Source: Gemmatimonadaceae bacterium
GTDB taxonomy: Bacteria > Gemmatimonadota > Gemmatimonadetes > Gemmatimonadales > Gemmatimonadaceae
Direction: 5' to 3'
NCBI GenBank assembly: GCA_051859245.1
Contig: JBHYGA010000004.1
Coordinates: 32,001 to 96,000 of the forward strand
Length of the DNA: 64,000 nucleotides
Shown one piece after another: positions 56,776 to 64,000 of the stretch. The notes under the pieces are model-generated. The model was not told the DNA's origin. It worked only from the letters and a program-made list of their open reading frames with translations, and made no database searches. The translations under genes were made by a program, and so were the position numbers. Position 1 is the stretch's first letter. Each line of letters begins with the position of its first letter.

Positions 56776-58881
56776 ATGAGCCACACTCCTCCGCCTGCCA
56801 CGACCCGCCACTGGCGCCGCGTGGTCTCCTCGTCTGTTCTTGCACTGGCGTTCGCTGCACACGCAGCGTCCGCGCAGGCAGGACGTCCGTTTACCGACGC
56901 TGATGTGATGCGCCTGGCCGCCGTGGGCGGCGTCGCGATGTCGCCGAGCGGCGATCGCGTGCTGTACACCGTGTCCGCGTGGGAACATCCCGCAGCACGC
57001 GGTGACACCGCGCTTGGCGATCGACATGAACGGCGCGCACACATCTGGATGGTGCCGTACTCAGGTGGATCAGCCCGACAGCTCACCACCGGCGAACGGG
57101 GCGAGTCGCAGCCGCAGTGGTCGCCAGACGGCGAGCGCATTTCGTTCGTAGCCGCACGAGGTTCCGGCACGGGCGAAGATGCACCGAAAGCACAATTGTG
57201 GCTGTTGCCCGTGGACGGCGGCGAAGCCACACAGCTCACCACCGCGCGCGATGGCGTCGTGGCGTATGCATGGTCGCCCGATGGTGGGCAGATCGCCTAT
57301 CTCACGCCAGACACATTGTCGCGCGACGCGGAAGCGCGCACGCGTCGTCGTGATGATCCCAAAGTGTACGAAGGCGATTTTCGATTGAATCACATCTGGG
57401 TGATTGATGTGGCCACGAAGCAGGCGCGCAAAATCACCAGTGGCACGTTCACCGTGCGCGGCGCGCCCTCGTGGTCTCCGGATGGTCGTTCACTCGCGTT
57501 CGATGCCTCGCCAACACCATTGATTCGTGATGAGCGACGTGACGCCTACGTCGTGGATGTGGCCTCGGCGCGCATTGATCGGATTACCTCAACGTCTGAC
57601 GTCGAATCCACACCGCAGTTCTCTCCGGACGGCAAGTTGCTCGCGTTTACGCAACTGGCGCACGAATGGAAAGCAAATGCAGACGGCATCATGCCGCGCA
57701 CGTTGCGTAATGCTCGGCTCATCACGTACGACGTTGCGACACGGCAAAGCACCGACCACGCCGTGCGCACGTTCGATGTGAGCCCAGGCCAGCCACGCTG
57801 GTCGCCTAACGGACGCGAAATCTGGTTCACTGCCTCGGATCGTGTGTGGCAGTCGCTCTATAGCTACGACGTGGCCGCCAGGAGCTATCGAAAGGTCACG
57901 AGTGACGTACTTGTGAACGGCGTGTCGGCCAGTCGCGATGGATCCAAACTGGCGTTTATTCTCGACACGCCCGCATGGCCTGGCGAAGTGCATGTGTCAG
58001 ACGCGAGCGGCGCAGCACCCAAGCGCATCACGAACACCAATCCGTGGCTTTCGGACGTCGCGATTGGTCGCAGTGAAGTGATCACGTGGAAGAGCAAGGA
58101 TGGTACGCCGGTTGAAGGCGTGTTGCTTCTACCTGCCAACTACACCACCGGTAGCAAAGTACCGTTGCTCGTCTCCGCGCACGGCGGACCAACGGCCGCG
58201 CACACGAATGGATTCAAGGGCAGCTCAAGCCCCGGACAAACCTGGGCGTCGCGTGGCTGGGCGGTGCTGTATCCCAATCCACGCGGCTCCACGGGCTACG
58301 GCGAATCCTTTATGCGCGGCAACATTCGCGACTGGGGCGGCGGCGACTATCGCGACATCATGAGTGGAGTCGATGACGTGATTCGACGCGGCATCGCTGA
58401 TTCGTCACGCATGGCATTTGAGGGCTGGAGCTACGGTGGCTACATGACCTCGTGGGTTGTTTCACAGACGGGCCGTTTCAAAGCCGCCATGATGGGCGCG
58501 GGTTTGCCGTCACTGCTGAGCATGGCCGGCACCACGGACATTCCCGGCTACATCAGCACGTTCTTCAACGGCGCACCGCAGTTCGACGGCAGTCTGGTCA
58601 ATGCGAACATCAAGTTCTATCTCGAGCGTTCGGCCGTGAGTTACACCGATCGTGTCACCACACCGTTGCTGATTCTACACGGCGCCAACGACGAACGTGT
58701 CCCGATCGGACAGCCCATGGAGTTCTACCGCGCACTCAAAGATCGCGGTAAGACCACGGAGCTTGTTTTCTATCCCCGTGAAGGCCACGGCCTCTCCGAG
58801 TACTACCATCAACTCGATCGCATGAAACGCGAATACGAATGGATGGCGCGATACACACTGCGCACCACCACGCTGCAGTAG
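56776..58881 (+). CDS. S9-family peptidase (acylaminoacyl-peptidase-like)
   Basis: PD40 repeats (WSPDG), HGGP, NPRGSTGYG, GWSYGG, HGANDERV, YPREGH. Confidence 0.95.
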   Translation: MSHTPPPATTRHWRRVVSSSVLALAFAAHAASAQAGRPFTDADVMRLAAVGGVAMSPSGDRVLYTVSAWEHPAARGDTALGDRHERRAHIWMVPYSGGSARQLTTGERGESQPQWSPDGERISFVAARGSGTGEDAPKAQLWLLPVDGGEATQLTTARDGVVAYAWSPDGGQIAYLTPDTLSRDAEARTRRRDDPKVYEGDFRLNHIWVIDVATKQARKITSGTFTVRGAPSWSPDGRSLAFDASPTPLIRDERRDAYVVDVASARIDRITSTSDVESTPQFSPDGKLLAFTQLAHEWKANADGIMPRTLRNARLITYDVATRQSTDHAVRTFDVSPGQPRWSPNGREIWFTASDRVWQSLYSYDVAARSYRKVTSDVLVNGVSASRDGSKLAFILDTPAWPGEVHVSDASGAAPKRITNTNPWLSDVAIGRSEVITWKSKDGTPVEGVLLLPANYTTGSKVPLLVSAHGGPTAAHTNGFKGSSSPGQTWASRGWAVLYPNPRGSTGYGESFMRGNIRDWGGGDYRDIMSGVDDVIRRGIADSSRMAFEGWSYGGYMTSWVVSQTGRFKAAMMGAGLPSLLSMAGTTDIPGYISTFFNGAPQFDGSLVNANIKFYLERSAVSYTDRVTTPLLILHGANDERVPIGQPMEFYRALKDRGKTTELVFYPREGHGLSEYYHQLDRMKREYEWMARYTLRTTTLQ

Positions 58882-58923
58882 CGCAGTTCCCCTTTAAAAT
58901 CTTTTGCTCTTCTTCGTGTCTTC

Positions 58924-59036
58924 TGTGCCTTTGTGTCTTCCCTCCGCAGTTCTCCCAGCATTAGGAGCATCTGGGCAATGAAGCCTGACGCTCTCCTGGC
59001 GCGGAGAGAACTGCGGAGGGAAGACACAAAGGCACA
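58924..59036. repeat. Intergenic palindromic element with 31-bp perfect inverted repeats
   Basis: TGTGCCTTTGTGTCTTCCCTCCGCAGTTCTC (58924-58954) and its exact reverse complement (59006-59036), 51-nt spacer. Confidence 0.9.
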
Positions 59037-59055
59037 AAGGACACAAAAACTGCGA

Positions 59056-60258
59056 TCAAGAGACTGAACTTGAAAAGACGAAGAGGAGCACTGCGCCTGC
59101 GACTGAAGAGATCACTGCCCAGATCGGCGACGTGCGCGCGAGTACAAGCAGGCCGAGCAGCGCGAGTATTGCGTCGTTGATGTTGTGAACGGCACTCGTC
59201 AGTACTGGATCGTAAAGCGCCGCCGTGAGAATCCCCACCACGGCGGCGTTGATCCCGGCGATGACGCGCGTAGCGCGAGGAAAGGCGCGCAGTTGCGACC
59301 ACGCGGGTAACACCGCGATGAGCAGCAGAAATCCGGGTGTGAAGATGGCAAGTAGTGCCACCAGCGACGCAAGCACGAGATGCGCACCTGATGCGGCACC
59401 CATGTAGGCGGCCACGGAGAACAGTGGACCGGGAACGGCTTGCGCGGCGCCGTAACCGAGCATGAATGATTCGGCCGACATCCAACCCGTGTTGACCAGC
59501 GATTGTTCGAGCAGTGGCAGCACCACATGCCCACCGCCGAACACAAGCGCACCAGCGCGATAGAACGCCGCCGCGATACCGGGCACAGAAGGCGCGCTGG
59601 TCGACCAGAAGAGCGCCAGGCTCAAGCCAACCACAAAGAGCACCGCCGCCGTGCGTGATGTGCGGGGACTGATCGCGAGCGTTGGTGCGGACATGTCCGA
59701 ACCGTTTGCATCCGCGCACACGAGCCAGCCCGCAATCGCGCCAATCGCAATCACGAAAAGCTGCCCCCACGCGGTGCCCAGTTGCAGCACGATCGCTGCG
59801 GCAAGTATCGCGATGATCACTCGCTGCACATCGGGGGTCATGGTACGCACCATGCGCCACACGGCGTGTGCGACAATCACGACCGCTGAGATCTTCAGGC
59901 CGTGCAGCACGGCTGTACCGACTCCACGATCCAGCGCGGCTGCGTAACGCGCGAGCAACAACAGTGCCACAGCCGACGGCGTCGTGAACGCCACAAACGC
60001 GGCCAGCGCACCCTGCCATCCGGCACGCATCCAACCGATCGCAAACCCCAACTGGCTGCTCGCCGGACCCGGTAGCAACTGGCAGACCGCCAACAGTTGT
60101 GCAAACTGTGCGTCGGTAAGCCAGCGTCGCCGCACCACAAAGGCCTCGTGCATGTAGCCGAGGTGTGCGATGGGACCGCCAAACGACGTGAGTCCGAGCC
60201 GTAGAAACGCGACAAAGACGGAGCGAGCGGATTCCTGCGCAGGAACGTGCATCGCCAA
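59056..60258 (-). CDS. chrA: Chromate efflux transporter (long-chain CHR)
   Basis: FGGPIAHLG, CQLLPGPASSQ, FGGGHVVLPLL, AQAVPGPLF, GINAAVVG. Confidence 0.93.
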   Translation of the reverse strand: MAMHVPAQESARSVFVAFLRLGLTSFGGPIAHLGYMHEAFVVRRRWLTDAQFAQLLAVCQLLPGPASSQLGFAIGWMRAGWQGALAAFVAFTTPSAVALLLLARYAAALDRGVGTAVLHGLKISAVVIVAHAVWRMVRTMTPDVQRVIIAILAAAIVLQLGTAWGQLFVIAIGAIAGWLVCADANGSDMSAPTLAISPRTSRTAAVLFVVGLSLALFWSTSAPSVPGIAAAFYRAGALVFGGGHVVLPLLEQSLVNTGWMSAESFMLGYGAAQAVPGPLFSVAAYMGAASGAHLVLASLVALLAIFTPGFLLLIAVLPAWSQLRAFPRATRVIAGINAAVVGILTAALYDPVLTSAVHNINDAILALLGLLVLARTSPIWAVISSVAGAVLLFVFSSSVS

Positions 60259-60358
60259 TGCTAGGTAATTGGCAGGGTCCGGCGCGAGGGGTACGTTCCT
60301 CGCACAACCGGAGTCCCCGACTTTCTCTCACACCGGCATTCGCCGCTACCGAGCTCGC

Positions 60359-60859
60359 ATGACTCGTCGAAATCAGATCGCTGCCCTGCTCACCGTGATT
60401 TCACTTGGCGTGTTAGTCCCAGGACTGACGCGACCGGTCCTCACCATTTCCGCATCGATCTCCATTCTTGGGAACACACGCGAGATCTTCCGTGAAACGC
60501 AGAGCATCGTGGAGAGCGTGCGCAATCTGTTTGAGTCGGGCAACGTGTTTGTCGGATCACTCATCCTGCTCTTCAGTATTCTGGTGCCACTGATCAAGGC
60601 CGTGCTGCTCGGCATAGTACTTTTGACCCAGAAACCCGCGACGCGCGATGCGCTGGCGCGTGTAGTGCGTTCAATCAGCAAGTGGTCCATGGCCGATGTG
60701 TTTGTGGTCGGCATTTTCATTGCGTTCATGGCCGCCAACGCGCTCGACAATCTCGATGCAGTGGCCGGAGAAGGGCTCTACTACTTTGCCGCGTATTGCC
60801 TGATCTCTAATCTGGCGTTTCAGTTCCTGAGTGTGCCGTCGACCATGCGAAACAGCTAG
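60359..60859 (+). CDS. PqiA-family membrane protein (single domain)
   Basis: FSILVPLIK and ISKWSMADVFVV motifs. Confidence 0.8.
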   Translation: MTRRNQIAALLTVISLGVLVPGLTRPVLTISASISILGNTREIFRETQSIVESVRNLFESGNVFVGSLILLFSILVPLIKAVLLGIVLLTQKPATRDALARVVRSISKWSMADVFVVGIFIAFMAANALDNLDAVAGEGLYYFAAYCLISNLAFQFLSVPSTMRNS

Positions 60860-61044
60860 TCGGAATTTTTTGTCTCCGTCTGTAGCCCGGAAATCGTCAC
60901 CGTGGACAGGCTGTTCGTCCCGTTCCGCTGGCAACTGTCCCATGGTTGAATCCTGAACGTGTGTCGGGCGTATCTGACTTCGTGCGCAGAGTGATGTGCG
61001 TACGAAACCCCGACGCGTAAAGCATCCACATTCAGGAGGTCAGC

Positions 61045-61533
61045 ATGTTGTTTCTTACCCTTACGTCGGCCGCGATGATCGCCGCCACGCCAATCGCTCC
61101 CGTTTCGCCAAGCGTGCCGGTGTGCGCTCCGGCCGCAACCGCCAGCGTTGCCAACCCACATCTGTTGAACGCACGTGCTGCCATCGCGAAGGGCGATGTT
61201 GCCACGGCGCGTCGCGAGTTCCGCTTTGCAACCATCGTGGATCGCGATGAAGGATGCCTGCCGGTCGAATCGTCCAACGGTCTTGCGTCGCTGCTTTTTG
61301 CGCAGTCGCAAAAGATTGAGGCTGCCGAAGTCATGCAGGAACTCGCCGACGAGGCTGCAAAAAGCGGTGATATCAATGTAGAAGCGCGTGCGCTGGTTTC
61401 GGCCACCTGGCTGCGCCTTGAAGCCGGTGACAAGCTTTCCGCCAAAGTCGGCGTGCGTCGTCTCCGCGAGATCGCAAAAGAGAACGGACTGACGTCCGAC
61501 ACGCGTGCATTGCTGAAGGAAAGCCTCGGATGA
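61045..61533 (+). CDS. Small secreted TPR-like helical protein
   Basis: AGGAGG RBS, signal-like N-terminus, ARAAIAKGDVATARREF helical repeats. Confidence 0.65.
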   Translation: MLFLTLTSAAMIAATPIAPVSPSVPVCAPAATASVANPHLLNARAAIAKGDVATARREFRFATIVDRDEGCLPVESSNGLASLLFAQSQKIEAAEVMQELADEAAKSGDINVEARALVSATWLRLEAGDKLSAKVGVRRLREIAKENGLTSDTRALLKESLG

Positions 61534-61542
61534 CACGCAACT

Positions 61543-61589
61543 CACCAGACGCGGCGCGCTGAGCTGTCGCTCGCTTGCCGCGTCTGGTG
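61543..61589 (+). other. GC-rich hairpin after the stop codon
   Basis: CACCAGACGCGGC / GCCGCGTCTGGTG perfect 13-bp arms; no U tract. Confidence 0.6.
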
Positions 61590-61725
61590 CGCGAGGGTGT
61601 AGCACGCCGCGAAAGTCGTCGCCGCTTACGTGTCGTGATGTGCAGGTGAAGGACGCATCTCTGGTTGAGTTCTGTAGTGCACCGATTCTTCGTTTATGTG
61701 CACGTCATTTCCGCCAGAGGTTTGC

Positions 61726-63318
61726 ATGTCTGCCCTATCACTCCTGCTCGCGTTCACGCTATCGGTCACACCCGTCGACAGCGTACCACTCTACAACAAT
61801 CTCGGCGATCACGAATACGCGATCAGCACGAGCACCCCACTGGCCCAGAAATATTTCAATCAGGGCCTGCGTCTCTACTACGCGTTTAATCACGCCGAAG
61901 CCATTCGTGCGTTCCGCGAAGCTCAGCGCCTTGATGCTGGCTGCGCCATGTGCTTCTGGGGTGAAGCGTTGTCGTGGGGACCGAACATCAACTTGCCGAT
62001 GGACTCGGCGTCGCATGTCTCCGCTTTCGCTGCGATTGCGCGAGCGCGAGAAGCGGTTGGACCGTACACCACCGCAACGGAACGCGCGCTGATCAAGGCG
62101 CTCTCGGCGCGATACGATAGCTCGTCGCAGCGCACACGCGCAGTACTCGATTCCGCGTACACGAGCGCCATGCGCGATCTGAACAATCGTCTGCCGAACG
62201 ACCCGGAGATCGCGGTGCTGTACGCCGAGTCCGAGATGACGCTGCGTCCGTGGAGCTACTGGACCCCGAAGCGCACCCTGCAGCCCGGTATTGCGCGTGC
62301 TGTGAAGCAGCTGGAGAAGGTGATGCGCCAGAACAACCGGCATCCGGGCGCCTGTCACTTTTTCATTCACGCGGTGGAAGCCGTACAGCCGGAGCGTGCG
62401 GTCGCGTGCGCGGAGCGCCTCGCGTCACTGATGCCGGGCGCAGGACATCTCGTGCATATGCCCGGACACATCTACATCCGGGTGGGTCGCTACGCCGATG
62501 CGATCAGCGCCAATGAACATGCGGTACACGCCGACGAATCGTACATTCGCGATCAGCGACCGGGCGTGGGCATGTACACGATGGGTTACTACCCGCACAA
62601 CTACGATTTCCTGGCGTTTGCCGCATCCATGATGGGCAACAAGGCGCAGTCGATTGCCGCAGCTGACAAGCTGCGCGATCTCACGTCTGTCGAAATGATG
62701 AGCGTGCCGGGGATGGGCTTCCTGCAGCACCATGGAACGCGCGCGCTGCAAATGCGTGTACGCTTCGGTGCGTGGGCTGAGATTCTACAGGCACCAGCAC
62801 CGGATACCGCGCATCACCACGCGCGCGCGATGTGGCACTACGCGCACGGTCGTGCACTGGTCTCCACTGGTCAGATTGACGCCGCCGCGAAAGACCTCGC
62901 CGCCGTGCGGCGCATCATGGAGCTGCCATTGCTGCGCGACATGCGTCTTGAGTTCAATACGTCGTACACTGTGCTGCGCGTGGCCGAACAAGTGCTCGCC
63001 GGTACGATTGCCTCAGCGCGCGGCCAACACAACGACGCCGTCGCCTTCCTCACGAACGCCGTAGAGTACGAGGACGCCTTGAACTACGGCGAACCGCCGG
63101 AATGGTCGGTGCCAACACGTCAGGATCTCGGCGCCGCGTTGATGGCGGCTAATCGGCACGTCGAGGCCGCGCGCGTGTTCCGCGCCGACCTCGAACGGTT
63201 TCCGAAGAATGCCGCGTCAGTGACTGGGCTGGAGCAGGCACTCCGCGCCCAGGGACGCGTGGCTGAAGCTGATCATGTGAAGAAAACGGGTGACCACGTC
63301 CGCCTCAGAGCCAAGTAA
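61726..63318 (+). CDS. Secreted TPR-repeat protein with a His-rich conserved core
   Basis: AQKYFNQGL..YAFNHAEA, WGEAL..GPNIN, HPGACHFFIH, PGAGHLVHMPGHIY, YYPHN; AGAGG RBS. Confidence 0.8.
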   Translation: MSALSLLLAFTLSVTPVDSVPLYNNLGDHEYAISTSTPLAQKYFNQGLRLYYAFNHAEAIRAFREAQRLDAGCAMCFWGEALSWGPNINLPMDSASHVSAFAAIARAREAVGPYTTATERALIKALSARYDSSSQRTRAVLDSAYTSAMRDLNNRLPNDPEIAVLYAESEMTLRPWSYWTPKRTLQPGIARAVKQLEKVMRQNNRHPGACHFFIHAVEAVQPERAVACAERLASLMPGAGHLVHMPGHIYIRVGRYADAISANEHAVHADESYIRDQRPGVGMYTMGYYPHNYDFLAFAASMMGNKAQSIAAADKLRDLTSVEMMSVPGMGFLQHHGTRALQMRVRFGAWAEILQAPAPDTAHHHARAMWHYAHGRALVSTGQIDAAAKDLAAVRRIMELPLLRDMRLEFNTSYTVLRVAEQVLAGTIASARGQHNDAVAFLTNAVEYEDALNYGEPPEWSVPTRQDLGAALMAANRHVEAARVFRADLERFPKNAASVTGLEQALRAQGRVAEADHVKKTGDHVRLRAK

Positions 63319-63329
63319 CGGTCGAGTGC

Positions 63330-64000
63330 TTATTTGAACCGCATGCCATTGGGTGCAACAAAACCTTTGGTCGGGACCACCGGGGGTTTGGTTGCAACAG
63401 GTCTGGACACGGGCTTCGTCGCTGATGGCGACGGGGCCCGTTTTTCCGATGGGGCACCGGCGCTGGCGTCGGCAGGCGCCTTGCTGCGCATGCCCCCGCC
63501 ATCGGTACGCATACTGAGCGCAATGCGATTTCTCGGCAGATCAATGCTTTGCACCGTGACCTTCACGCGCTGTCCAACTTTGACGGCGTCGTTCGGATCC
63601 TTGATGTAGCGATCCGACAACTGGCTCACATGCACGAGCCCGTCCTGATGCACACCAATATCCACGAACGCACCAAACGCCACGATATTGGTGACGACTC
63701 CTTCGAGCACCATGCCCGGCACGAGATCTTGCGGCTTCTGCACATCGTCGCGGAACGCAGGCGGTTCAAAGGCACTGCGTGGATCGCGACCGGGCTTGCG
63801 CAGCTCATCGGCAATGTCGACCAGCGTCGGCATGCCGACATCGTCAGAGACGTACTGCGTGAGCTTGAGCTGTCCAACCAGCGCTTCGTTGCCCACGATC
63901 GATGCGACATCAACACCAAGATCCTTTGCCATGCGCTCAACCAGCGCGTAGCGCTCGGGGTGGACACCGCTCGCATCAAGCGGGTGTGCACCTCCGCGAA
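63330..64000 (-). CDS. tex: Tex-family protein, 3' part (HhH + S1 domain)
   Basis: HPLDASGVHPERY, PTLVDIADELRKPGRDPR, S1 domain GVVTNIVAFGAFVDIGVHQDGLVHVSQL; open to the right edge. Confidence 0.93.
   Translation of the reverse strand, partial: RGGAHPLDASGVHPERYALVERMAKDLGVDVASIVGNEALVGQLKLTQYVSDDVGMPTLVDIADELRKPGRDPRSAFEPPAFRDDVQKPQDLVPGMVLEGVVTNIVAFGAFVDIGVHQDGLVHVSQLSDRYIKDPNDAVKVGQRVKVTVQSIDLPRNRIALSMRTDGGGMRSKAPADASAGAPSEKRAPSPSATKPVSRPVATKPPVVPTKGFVAPNGMRFK

Noticed and set aside
58961..60331. 456-aa alternative-frame ORF over chrA
   Set aside because: Arg/Cys-rich off-frame translation; the chrA frame carries all family motifs.
1..64000. CRISPR array, rRNA, transposase/integrase, known riboswitches
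   Set aside because: No repeat-spacer periodicity, catalytic motifs or riboswitch cores seen by eye; a covariance-model search would be needed to exclude ncRNAs fully.

Overview
GC-rich bacterial chromosomal window. The gene complement suggests Gemmatimonadota (many secreted S9/S41/M14/M19 peptidases, an Oar-like barrel with Gly-rich tails, GS type III, a NagB-PIG-L fusion); this is inferred, not verified. Bases 1-5038 lie downstream of a tRNA-Cys(GCA) gene and look accessory. They hold a lipoprotein running off the left edge that the ORF track misses, a divergent TPR + AraC-like pair, a C-terminally truncated AraC-type gene, and a small-protein/DUF6036-like nucleotidyltransferase pair. The rest is mostly core or lifestyle genes: an MqsA-like gene heading a 4-gene ABC operon, a degenerate EAL-HDOD protein, Cu-handling genes, GSIII, thiO-thiS-thiG-thiE/tenI, peptidases, sulfite oxidase, cardiolipin synthase, pepE, LOG, a porin + MCP pair, a Tat-signal TldD/TldE pair, uup, nagB, chrA and tex. 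The most notable signals are the TPR/AraC/lipoprotein module, the NTase pair, an ABC ATPase with no canonical start (ATC start or in-frame TGA readthrough), two matching sigma28-like promoters, an SD-occluding hairpin leader and a 31-bp perfect inverted-repeat element. I saw no CRISPR array, rRNA, integrase or transposase. Family names come from motif recognition by eye, not from database searches.
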